Position numbers and translations under genes: made by a program. Shown here piece after piece: positions 17,133 to 24,790 of a stretch of 24,790 bases of DNA. How positions within the stretch are numbered: position 1 is the first letter of the stretch; every line of letters starts with the position of its first letter. This DNA comes from Armatimonadota bacterium. Its GTDB lineage: Bacteria > Armatimonadota > UBA5829 > DTLH01. The stretch lies in contig JBBRAE010000035.1 of assembly GCA_038207085.1 (NCBI GenBank), positions 1-24,790 of the forward strand. The letters run 5' to 3'. Under the pieces are notes generated by a model. The model saw only the letters and a list, made by a program, of their open reading frames with translations. It did no database searches and had not been told where the DNA came from.

Positions 17133-18530
17133 CTACAAACCGAGCACCCTGACGCCGATCGACACCTGGGCGAGGTCGCTGTTGAAGGTGATACTCGGCT
17201 CCAAACAGTCAAGCCTGCGGGAGTAGGTAAACTGCCAGCTCCGCAGCTCGTCTTTGCCGAGGTCGTAGTCCAGAACGATCCCATATGCGTTTCTTCCACG
17301 GACATAACGACCAGCCGCCTGCACCTCGCGCTTGATATCCACATCGTCGAACTCAAAAGGCGTCGAGCCGCCGATCCAGTGATTGATCAGCCGAAGCGAC
17401 GCGAAGGAACCGCCTTCAAGTATCCGGCTCACGTCGAGTGACCCGCCAAGCACCCGGTATCGGTCCCCGGTGTCGTAAATCGAGTAGCGCGCCGTACCCG
17501 AAGCTCGAAGCACGGTATTGCGGTCGAGTTTCGCAAGAGTCGTCGAACCGATCCCGCGCGCGTCCCAGCGGTTGATCACCCCGACGCTGTCCGGGGACTC
17601 CTCAAAGCGTCCCCAAGAGGCTCTGAGCTGCCCCTGCAAGCCGACCTCCGGACGATCGATCGCCGCCTGGTGCGAGACGATCCGCACTCCAAGCTCGGGA
17701 AGACGGCTAACCAGAATGCCCTCCTCATCGACGTCGGGAGTCGGCTGTCTGGACTGCAAAGCGCCAAACCACGCCCCCAAGCTCGGCGATGGGGCCTGTC
17801 CCTGAAACTCAACGTTTGAAGGCGAGTCGCCGTACCGCCTGGGCTGCACTATCGAGGTGCGGCGAAGCTCCATCCTCCAGTCCGGGACATAGGGAGAAAT
17901 CGTCATCGCGTCACCGCTCCAAGCATGCCCGCCCGTAAACCCACCGAGTATGCCCCTCCTCACTGAGAGCCTGAGGCCGAGCGCGAGCTCGTCTTCGTTG
18001 GTGCTGACAATCGGCAGATCACTTGCGACAAAGAGCCCGTCGCGCCCGCTATAGCCCGGCCTCGGCATAATCGACCGATCCTCGTTGCTCTGGGACAGGT
18101 TGACTGAGAGCTTGGGGAGGCTGAGCAGCTTGAAGTTGCCGAGGTAGATCCTCGCGCGCTTCAGAATAAGGCGCTGGTCGGATGTGAGCGTAATCTCGTT
18201 GGCCGACACGCGGTAGTCGGGGTTCGGCTTGTTGCAGGTTGTAAAAGTGGCGTTTTTTAGAATCCCCGTGTTGATCGCGCCGTTGTAGAAGAATTCGTCA
18301 CCCGTGAGGCGCTTGTTCCCCTGCTGGAAGAGCACCTCGCCGTAGGCGTGGACGCGCACGCTGCCGTCGTCCATCTTGTTTGACTCGATCACCTGAGCCT
18401 CAATGACCACAGGCTCCACCGACTGCTCCTCCACCTGGCTCAGAAACTTTTTGGGCTCAGTCGCAGACGACGGCAAAGCAAGAACACAAGCCGCAACTGC
18501 AGTGAACAGGCCGAGTCTGAGGCACCTCAA
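17133..18530 (-). CDS. LptD/OstA-like LPS-assembly outer-membrane protein (compact)
   Basis: Signal peptide; 'NATFTTCNKPNPDYRVSANEI…ARIYLG…LLSLP' and 'PRPGYSGRDG' resemble LptD; beta-strand-rich C-terminus with a Cys. Start uncertain (TTG 18530 vs 18575). Confidence 0.65.
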   Translation of the reverse strand: MRCLRLGLFTAVAACVLALPSSATEPKKFLSQVEEQSVEPVVIEAQVIESNKMDDGSVRVHAYGEVLFQQGNKRLTGDEFFYNGAINTGILKNATFTTCNKPNPDYRVSANEITLTSDQRLILKRARIYLGNFKLLSLPKLSVNLSQSNEDRSIMPRPGYSGRDGLFVASDLPIVSTNEDELALGLRLSVRRGILGGFTGGHAWSGDAMTISPYVPDWRMELRRTSIVQPRRYGDSPSNVEFQGQAPSPSLGAWFGALQSRQPTPDVDEEGILVSRLPELGVRIVSHQAAIDRPEVGLQGQLRASWGRFEESPDSVGVINRWDARGIGSTTLAKLDRNTVLRASGTARYSIYDTGDRYRVLGGSLDVSRILEGGSFASLRLINHWIGGSTPFEFDDVDIKREVQAAGRYVRGRNAYGIVLDYDLGKDELRSWQFTYSRRLDCLEPSITFNSDLAQVSIGVRVLGL

Positions 18531-18571
18531 TGCCCCCCACTCTGATCTCTGATCTCTGCACTCTGAACTTC

Positions 18572-19627
18572 TCAAGACTGCCTCCTAAGGAGATAAAGAA
18601 AGAACGGCGCGCCGAGCATCGCCGTCACGACGCCGACCGGCAGCTCACCGAGCGCGCGGGCGATGGTGTCGGCGAGCACAAGCAGAATCGCCCCTGAGAT
18701 CGCCGCGGTTGGCAGCAGCACCCTGTGGTCCGCGCCAAACACCCGTCTGCATATATGTGGGACGACAAGCCCGACAAACCCGATGATCCCGCTCACAGAA
18801 ACCGCGGCGGCGGTAACAAGCGAGGTCACCACTATCACCAGGAGCTTGAGCGACTCGGTCTCGATCCCGAGGTGCCGAGCGGTCTCCTCGCCGAGCGCAA
18901 AAACGTTCAGGTCACGGGCAAGCGCGTAAAGCGCCGCCAGTCCTATTACGGCAAACGGCAGAGTCATCGTCACATACGACCAGGGATCGGCGGCGTAGGG
19001 CGCCTGAAAGCTCCCCAGCAGCCAAAAGATAATGCGGCTCGACTCCTGACCGGCAAGCGTCATAACAAACGTAAGAAGCGCCCACAAAAACGAACCTACA
19101 ACGATCCCCGAGAGCAGAAACGAGTGGATCGACACCCTTCCCGAAAACCTCGCGATGCTGTAGACGACCATCATAGCCGCGATCGCAAAGACAAAAGCGA
19201 CCACCGGCACACCGAACCCGTAAAACCAGCCCCCAAGCCCGAAGACGAACGCGATCGCCGCTCCGAGACTCGCGCCCGAGGAGACCCCGACGGTGTAGGG
19301 GTCGGCAAGCGGGTTCAGAAGAAGTCCCTGAAGCGCCACACCCGATGAGGCGAGCAAAATCCCCACGATCACCGCGAGGATGATCCTTGGGACCCTGATG
19401 TTCCAGATGATCGTATCGTGCAGAGGGTCGACCGAACCCGGACTCCCCAGGCCGATGTGGCTTGATATCACCCGCGCGGATTCGGCGATAGAGACGCTTT
19501 CCGCGCCTACGGAAAGTGACACCGCAACCGCCGCAGCAAGCACGAGCAGCAGCACCGCACAGCCAAGCGCGACCCGGCGCGTAATTGACACCCGAATATT
19601 TGTTTTTTCGTTGGTTACAGAGCGCAT
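18572..19627 (-). CDS. FecCD/BtuC-family iron-chelate or cobalamin ABC transporter permease
   Basis: IIWNIRVPRII, LQGLLLNPLADPYTVGVSSGA, LGEETARHLG, SGIIGFVGLVVPH, ELPVGVVTAMLGAPFF. Confidence 0.92.
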   Translation of the reverse strand: MRSVTNEKTNIRVSITRRVALGCAVLLLVLAAAVAVSLSVGAESVSIAESARVISSHIGLGSPGSVDPLHDTIIWNIRVPRIILAVIVGILLASSGVALQGLLLNPLADPYTVGVSSGASLGAAIAFVFGLGGWFYGFGVPVVAFVFAIAAMMVVYSIARFSGRVSIHSFLLSGIVVGSFLWALLTFVMTLAGQESSRIIFWLLGSFQAPYAADPWSYVTMTLPFAVIGLAALYALARDLNVFALGEETARHLGIETESLKLLVIVVTSLVTAAAVSVSGIIGFVGLVVPHICRRVFGADHRVLLPTAAISGAILLVLADTIARALGELPVGVVTAMLGAPFFLYLLRRQS

Positions 19628-19678
19628 TTCTACTGTTCAGTATAGGTGACACAGGGGGGAATTAGCAAGTTTGGCAGA

Positions 19679-19707
19679 TTGACAGCCGCCCACGTCGCGT
19701 CTATAAT
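19679..19707 (+). promoter_or_regulatory. Perfect-consensus sigma70 promoter
   Basis: TTGACA-17 bp-TATAAT, 40 bp upstream of ATG 19748. Confidence 0.85.
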
Positions 19708-19747
19708 CCGAATTGATGAGCTTCTACAGGAAAGGATGAATTGTCCG

Positions 19748-20287
19748 ATGAACAAAAGAGTAGCCCTTGCAGCCGCCGCGCTTGCAGTTTTCGCCGTGCC
19801 TGCCCTACATGCCGCTGAGGATGAGAACCCGAGCAGGTATGGTTTTCGCCTCCTGAGCTATGCGCCGTCCGACGGAGATCTCCGAGAGGACACCAAGTCC
19901 ACGTGGTTCGGCCCGGGGCTCGACTGGTATATCGAACGCGATGAAGACGAGCTTCCCACCAGAATCGCCACACTCGGTTACGTGTCATCCGGGGACGATT
20001 TGGTGCTGCGAGCCAGAATATGTCCGCTCACCTACACCAAGATCAGTCGGACGCCGATATCGGCAAGCCGCAACAGATATGTCGGCTACGGAGCCGGAAT
20101 TTATCTGTTGAGGCTGCGACAATTCGATGTCTCCAGCACCTCATTCAAGCCCGGCGTCCACGGGATGTACGGTCAGGAGTTCGGCGGCAACTATTTCGCC
20201 GAGGTCCGACTCGACCTGGTGCCGAGCTTTGAGAATTACAGCTGGAGCGGAGTATCGCTCAACATCGGCACACGCGTGTCACTTTAG
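19748..20287 (+). CDS. Small outer-membrane beta-barrel-like protein
   Basis: Signal peptide MNKRVALAAAALAVFAVPALHA; amphipathic strands YVGYGAGIY, YFAEVRLD, GVSLNIGTR. The upstream ORF extension would overlap the promoter. Confidence 0.7.
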   Translation: MNKRVALAAAALAVFAVPALHAAEDENPSRYGFRLLSYAPSDGDLREDTKSTWFGPGLDWYIERDEDELPTRIATLGYVSSGDDLVLRARICPLTYTKISRTPISASRNRYVGYGAGIYLLRLRQFDVSSTSFKPGVHGMYGQEFGGNYFAEVRLDLVPSFENYSWSGVSLNIGTRVSL

Positions 20288-20338
20288 TTAACAACCATGG
20301 TATAATGGTGTCAGGCGGGCGCTTAAAAGATGGCACCC

Positions 20339-20371
20339 AAAAGGCCCGACGAGCTTTCGCCGGGCCTTTTT
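20339..20371 (+). terminator. Rho-independent terminator (potentially bidirectional)
   Basis: AAAAGGCCCGACGA-GCTT-TCGCCGGGCCTTTTT. Confidence 0.8.
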
Positions 20372-20412
20372 CACGTTTCCACAACCTTTATCGAACCAAC
20401 CGAACTCAGACT

Positions 20413-20442
20413 TTGTCAAAGCACCTCGTAATCGAATATAAT
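20413..20442 (+). promoter_or_regulatory. Putative sigma70 promoter for pfp
   Basis: TTGTCA-18 bp-TATAAT. Confidence 0.6.
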
Positions 20443-20503
20443 ATAGGGGTTTTGGAAATAGAGATACATTACGCAAGATATTAGCAGAGGAAGAGCAATT
20501 ACC

Positions 20504-22162
20504 ATGAGTTCTGAAGTTTCAGCACTGCAGAAAATGCGCGCGCAGTATCAGCCTAAGCTGCCGGCGGCGCTTCGATCGGCAAGCATCAAGGTGGAGCTTG
20601 GCGCGCCAACCACTTCGGTTTCCGACCAGGATGAGATCAAGAGTCTGTTCCCGAACACCTACGGGCAGCCCGAGGCGAAGATCGTCGCCGGTGAGGGGAA
20701 CCTGAAGACCGACGCGATCAAGGTGGGAGTCGTCCTCTCAGGCGGACAGGCGCCGGGCGGACACAACGTCATAGCGGGTCTGTTCGATGCGCTGAAGGCC
20801 GCGAACGAGGATAACAAACTTTACGGTTTCCTGAAAGGCCCCGGCGGAGTCATCAAAGGCCGAAGCAAAGAGATCACATCCACCACCATCGACAAATACC
20901 GCAACACCGGCGGGTTCGATATGATCATGAGCGGACGCGACAAGATCGAGACCCCCGAACAGCTTGCCGCATGCAAGGCAAACTTTGAAGAGATGGGCCT
21001 CGCGGGCGTCGTCATCATCGGCGGCGACGACTCCAACACCAACGCCGCGCTCCTGGCCGAGTATCTTCGCGCTGAGGGCTCCAAAACGGTCGTCATAGGC
21101 GTGCCGAAGACTATCGACGGCGATATGAAGAACGAGCAGATCGAGGCGAGCTTCGGTTTCGACACCGCATGCAAGACCTACTCCGAACTTATCGGCAACA
21201 TCAGCCGCGACGCGACTTCAGCGGTCAAATACTGGCACTTTGTAAGGCTTATGGGCCGCGCGGCAAGCCATGTGGCGCTCGAATGCGCGCTGCAGACCCA
21301 TCCCAACGTCTGTCTGATCTCCGAAGAGATCCAGGAGAAGGGCACCACGCTTGGCAATATCGTCGACCACATCACAGGCGTCATCAACAAGCGCGCAGAG
21401 GCTGGCAAGAACTACGGAATCGTCGTCGTGCCTGAGGGACTTCCTGAGTTCATCAGCGACATCAAGGCGATGATCGACGAGCTCTCGAACATCCTCGGCA
21501 AGGATGAGAAGTACATCCACAGCCTTGAAGACCATTCCGAGCGCGTGCAATATCTTTCCCAGCACCTCACCGACCACAGCGCGCAGGTCTACGGCTCGCT
21601 TCCGCCGGAGATCCAGGAAGTGCTATTGCACCGCGACAGCCACGGCAACGTCCCGGTTTCGCAGGTCGAGACCGAGAGGCTCTTGATCGACCTGGTCGCG
21701 GACAAGCTCCGCTTCCAGAAGTCGCACGGTGAGAGCAAGGCCAAGTTCAGCCCGCTTTCGCACTTCTTCGGCTACGAAGGCCGCTGCGCCGCGCCGACCA
21801 ACTTCGACGCCGACTACTGCTACTCGCTCGGCTGCACCGCAGCTCAGCTCGTCCGCGCGGGGCTTACCGGCTACACCGTGAACGTCCAGAACCTGACCAA
21901 GGGCAGCGACGAGTGGGTCGCAGGCGGAACTCCCGTCACGATGATGTTCAACATGGAAGTCCGCAAGGGCAAGCCGACGCCGGTCATCAAGAAGGCGCTT
22001 GTTGAGCTCGACGGCGCTCCGTTCAAGACGTTTGCAGAGCACAGAGACGCGTGGGCGACCGAAGACTGCTACGTCTTCCCCGGCCCAATCCAGTACTTCG
22101 GCCCGACCGAAGTCTGCGACGCGACCACAGTGACGCTCGCGCTCGAAAAGAGCGGCAAGTAA
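20504..22162 (+). CDS. pfp: Pyrophosphate-dependent phosphofructokinase (long clade)
   Basis: SGGQAPGGHNVI, GGDDSNTNA (Asp = PPi type), PKTIDGDMKN, RLMGR.ASH, GYEGRC, PGPIQYFGP. Confidence 0.95.
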   Translation: MSSEVSALQKMRAQYQPKLPAALRSASIKVELGAPTTSVSDQDEIKSLFPNTYGQPEAKIVAGEGNLKTDAIKVGVVLSGGQAPGGHNVIAGLFDALKAANEDNKLYGFLKGPGGVIKGRSKEITSTTIDKYRNTGGFDMIMSGRDKIETPEQLAACKANFEEMGLAGVVIIGGDDSNTNAALLAEYLRAEGSKTVVIGVPKTIDGDMKNEQIEASFGFDTACKTYSELIGNISRDATSAVKYWHFVRLMGRAASHVALECALQTHPNVCLISEEIQEKGTTLGNIVDHITGVINKRAEAGKNYGIVVVPEGLPEFISDIKAMIDELSNILGKDEKYIHSLEDHSERVQYLSQHLTDHSAQVYGSLPPEIQEVLLHRDSHGNVPVSQVETERLLIDLVADKLRFQKSHGESKAKFSPLSHFFGYEGRCAAPTNFDADYCYSLGCTAAQLVRAGLTGYTVNVQNLTKGSDEWVAGGTPVTMMFNMEVRKGKPTPVIKKALVELDGAPFKTFAEHRDAWATEDCYVFPGPIQYFGPTEVCDATTVTLALEKSGK

Positions 22163-22180
22163 GCTATTCGCAGAAGAACC

Positions 22181-22212
22181 AAGCCCGCGCCATGCTCGGC
22201 GCGGGCTTTTTT
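22181..22212 (+). terminator. Rho-independent terminator after pfp
   Basis: AAGCCCGCGCC-ATGCTC-GGCGCGGGCTTTTTT. Confidence 0.8.
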
Positions 22213-22228
22213 ATAGAGAGGTGAACCC

Positions 22229-22540
22229 ATGCAGTTTGAAAATGTAACAGTCGTCGCCAAGGCGAACGTGTATTTTGACGGCAAAGTCACAAGCCACGCC
22301 GTCGAATTCGCAGACGGCAGCAAGAAAACGATCGGTCTGATCTACCCCGGCAGCTACAACTTCGGCACCGCTGCCCCTGAAAAGATGGAAATCATCGCAG
22401 GAGCGTGCAAGGTGAAGATCGCCGGATCTGACAACTGGGCAGACTACGAAGCGGGGACTTATTTTGAGGTGCCCGGCAACTCCGCGTTCGATATCGTCGT
22501 TGAGGAAGGCATCACCGAGTACGTCTGCTCGTTTGGCTAA
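22229..22540 (+). CDS. ppnP: Pyrimidine/purine nucleoside phosphorylase (DUF1255/YaiE)
   Basis: ANVYFDGKVTSH, DGSKKTIG, PGSYNFGTAAPEKMEII, FEVPGNSAF, EYVCSF. Confidence 0.92.
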   Translation: MQFENVTVVAKANVYFDGKVTSHAVEFADGSKKTIGLIYPGSYNFGTAAPEKMEIIAGACKVKIAGSDNWADYEAGTYFEVPGNSAFDIVVEEGITEYVCSFG

Positions 22541-22716
22541 CAACCGACGTGATACCGTTCCAAAACTTGTTTGTCCGGGTAAAGCTGACCGGCGCACCCG
22601 CCTGTGAGTGGCTGACAACAAGAGCAACCAACAAGAATATGACAATCGAACAGTGCTTGCGGCGGAGAAAATAGCGCGCAATCTATAGCTGGAGCACATT
22701 TTGTGAACGCTTCAGT

Positions 22717-22746
22717 TTGACGCGAAAGCTCCAAAATGGCTATAAT
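22717..22746 (+). promoter_or_regulatory. sigma70 promoter for the 22790-24225 unit
   Basis: TTGACG-18 bp-TATAAT. Confidence 0.7.
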
Positions 22747-22789
22747 CACGATTGGTATGCAGTGGAATCAATACTGAGGTAGCAAATAC

Positions 22790-23488
22790 ATGAACGAAGC
22801 CGAGGCTAAACGACTCTGGCTGGAAGCAGTTGAACGAGTAAAGGACGTAACGCTCGCGCCGACGCTATGGCAGGCGCTTGAGGTCGGACACGGCATCGAC
22901 CGCGAGGGCAATACGTTTATCATAGGTTTCTCTTCTACGGACGGCCCGGAAGGCAGCTATCTGAGGAGCTCGGAACATCGCCCCATCATCGAAAAGGTGA
23001 TCTCCACGCTCTTCGGGGAGCCGATGGAAATCCGCATCATCGAGGGCACGTCTCAGGCCGAGTTCGTACTCTACAAACAGCGCGAGGTCATCGCCGAGCA
23101 AACCCGCAGGAAGGCTCAGGACAGAAAACGCGTCGAGCGCGCCGCTGAAGCCGCATGGGAGCAGATCGCCGAACAGTGCTCGCGGGCCTACGCCAAGACC
23201 CCAATGCGCCAGATGCCCCAAATCAGGGCGACCTTCTTCGCTACTGCGCTTGAGATGGTTTCCGATGCGATGGACAGGATTCACCCCGATGGACAGATCG
23301 ACGAGATCGGCAACAGGGCGCTCGCGCGCGTGCTTGAGAAGCTCGCGACGATCACCGACATGCCGAGCGTCATCGTTGGGATCGAGCTGTGGAGATACCG
23401 CGAGAACAGGCCGAAAAAACAGCCTGTCGAGCATGCCGAGCAGCCCAAAGCAGCTGAGCCGAAGAAAGAAACTCAGCCGCAGTCATGA
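22790..23488 (+). CDS. Hypothetical cytoplasmic protein; N-terminal domain resembles DnaA_N/DciA/DnaX C-terminal KH-like folds
   Basis: 232 aa; GAGGT RBS; pattern '[10 protein letters not shown]…LWQAL…EGNTFIIGF…YL…[19 protein letters not shown]' followed by a charged helix. Confidence 0.7.
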   Translation: MNEAEAKRLWLEAVERVKDVTLAPTLWQALEVGHGIDREGNTFIIGFSSTDGPEGSYLRSSEHRPIIEKVISTLFGEPMEIRIIEGTSQAEFVLYKQREVIAEQTRRKAQDRKRVERAAEAAWEQIAEQCSRAYAKTPMRQMPQIRATFFATALEMVSDAMDRIHPDGQIDEIGNRALARVLEKLATITDMPSVIVGIELWRYRENRPKKQPVEHAEQPKAAEPKKETQPQS

Positions 23489-24225
23489 GAAAACCGAATA
23501 TTGGGGCCAACCGCGGCTTCACACTGATCGAACTTCTGACAGTGATTGCGATCATCGCCAGCCTTGCGGCGATGCTATTTCCCGCGTACGCGACAAACCG
23601 CGAAGCAGGCCGCAGGACCAAGTGCGCCTCCAACCTGAGGCAGATCGGCCAGGCGTTCGACAACTACGCATCCGACTGGAACGGGTTCTACCCCTGCAGC
23701 GACCAAAGCGACAAGAACGCTCCTTACCTGTGGATGGGAAGATACTGGCGCTGGCCCTTGAAGCGCTACCTGGGGCTGGCGATCGGCAAGGACCCATCGC
23801 AGCCGGGAGACCCAAAGTCGTCGGTCGGCAACAGCGTCGGGATTCTGATCTGCCCGAGCGACCCTGGAGCACGCAAGAACTACGACTCGACGTCTTACGG
23901 CTACTCCACAGCGTTCTACCATGCGCCCGAGCAGATCAACACGATGACGACACTGATGCTCTACAACAACCCTTCCACCGCCCCTGCGGTCATCGCACAG
24001 AACACATCGGCGGTCATCTACCCGACGAAAAAGGCGATCGTCGCAGACTGGACAAGCAACCACTCCACAGATAAGGTTACGTGGTGGAACTGGGTCGGCT
24101 CCAGGAACTACCTATTCTGCGACGGACACGTCAAACACCTGCAGGCAAAGCATATCAGGCCCGCGAGCAATGGGTTTCCCGATATCAACCTTACCGTTAA
24201 CGGAATCGCAGGAAGGGACCTCTAG
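23485..24225 (+). CDS. Prepilin-type N-terminal cleavage/methylation protein (DUF1559, H-X9-DG-type)
   Basis: [39 protein letters not shown]…[14 protein letters not shown] overlap with the upstream gene. Confidence 0.9.
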   Translation: MRKPNIGANRGFTLIELLTVIAIIASLAAMLFPAYATNREAGRRTKCASNLRQIGQAFDNYASDWNGFYPCSDQSDKNAPYLWMGRYWRWPLKRYLGLAIGKDPSQPGDPKSSVGNSVGILICPSDPGARKNYDSTSYGYSTAFYHAPEQINTMTTLMLYNNPSTAPAVIAQNTSAVIYPTKKAIVADWTSNHSTDKVTWWNWVGSRNYLFCDGHVKHLQAKHIRPASNGFPDINLTVNGIAGRDL

Positions 24226-24298
24226 CCCGCTTTATTCGTGAAGCGAATAAAGCTCTCACTAGCAAAGCATTATTCACACTCCTCGTGAATAATGCGGG
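24226..24298. mobile_element. 73-bp MITE with terminal inverted repeats, flanked by CTAG
   Basis: Left end CCCGCTTTATTC; right end reverse complement CCCGCATTATTC (11/12); CTAG at 24222-24225 and 24299-24302. Confidence 0.7.
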
Positions 24299-24302
24299 CT
24301 AG

Positions 24303-24790
24303 GAGCCTGTCCGAGTATTCGGTCACAAAAAAGCCTATGTATTTTCCGTGAACAGCATGATTTTGTGGTATGGATGTCGAAGTAGTAAGTATGAAGACTT
24401 ACCGACCTTACAATCCTGACCAGTAGTTTCTGATGGCTCCGTCGATTCGGGAGTGGCTGCCCGATGGTCATCTGGTGTATTTTGTGAGCGACAAGGCCTA
24501 CCGTGGTGATGAGTTGCCGAAGGAACTTGCTTTTCGCGAGGGTCGTCTTGCCAAGATAAGACAGGCCATGCGTGAGCTTGAGTCTGAAGCAAAAGAGGCT
24601 GCCGGGCAGGACAGGGCTGATGCTGAAGCCGCCGATGCGCCCGAGAAGGCGAAAAAGCGTGGTCGTCCGAAGAAGAAGCCATCGGGCGTTCCAGAGGACA
24701 AGGCGCAGAAGAACTTCACGGACCCCGAGTCGCGGATCATGCTCGCAGGTGACAAATCGTTCATCCAGGGCTACAATGCGCAACCGGCAT
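24303..24790 (+). mobile_element. IS1182-family element, left end; runs off the window
   Basis: End sequence GAGCCTGTCCGAG directly after CTAG; transposase remnants begin 88 bp inside. Confidence 0.8.
24391..24790 (+). pseudogene. IS1182-family transposase pseudogene (nonsense codon plus in-frame internal deletion)
   Basis: My translation: MKTYRPYNPDQ*FLMAPSIREWLPDGHLVYFVSD|KAYRGDELPKELAFREGRLAKIRQAM…KAQKNFTDPESRIM…FIQGYNAQ; TAG at 24424-24426. Not present in the ORF track. Confidence 0.85.

Noticed and set aside
23250..24074. 274-aa alternative-frame ORF, and the many similar overlapping or antisense ORFs in the track
   Set aside because: They are Arg/Pro/Ser-rich, lack recognisable motifs and overlap well-supported genes, as expected in GC-rich DNA.
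24424..24426. Recoded TAG (pyrrolysine or alternative code) in the transposase
   Set aside because: TAG ends several genuine genes in the window, and the same ORF also carries a large deletion, which indicates decay.
24274..24783. Minus-strand ORFs at the right end
   Set aside because: They are antisense shadows of the plus-strand IS1182 transposase remnant.
1..24790. CRISPR array, DGR template/variable repeat, prophage or defence genes
   Set aside because: By eye I saw no regularly spaced repeats, no long near-duplicate segments, and no reverse transcriptase, integrase or nuclease motifs; a self-dotplot would confirm this.

Overview
A GC-rich bacterial chromosomal segment with no RNA genes or CRISPR arrays detected. 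The lineage is probably Armatimonadota or a similar diderm, inferred from a DUF1559/H-X9-DG prepilin-like gene, a compact LptD-like gene and the style of the secreted proteins. Left to right: a secreted NEW3-domain protein, a TMTC-like GT-C/TPR membrane protein and a frameshifted surface-protein gene; a DUF485/ActP-type carboxylate symporter unit; a fused E1alpha-E1beta 2-oxoacid/acetoin dehydrogenase-type gene and its E2 partner, which flank a divergent sugar/polyol block (LplABC-like ABC transporter, AraD-type epimerase, Zn polyol dehydrogenase); then LptD-like, orphan FecCD/BtuC permease and outer-membrane beta-barrel genes; PPi-dependent phosphofructokinase, ppnP, a DnaA_N/DciA-like hypothetical gene and a prepilin-like gene. 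The right end holds a 73-bp MITE flanked by CTAG, abutted by a dead IS1182 with a nonsense codon and an in-frame deletion. The best candidate for an undescribed system is the atypical E1/E2 complex with its polyol-ketose genes and acetate/glycolate-type permease, which could be an oxidative ketol-cleavage route. That is an inference from gene neighbourhood and motif changes, not something demonstrated. All family calls come from motif recognition by eye; no searches were run.
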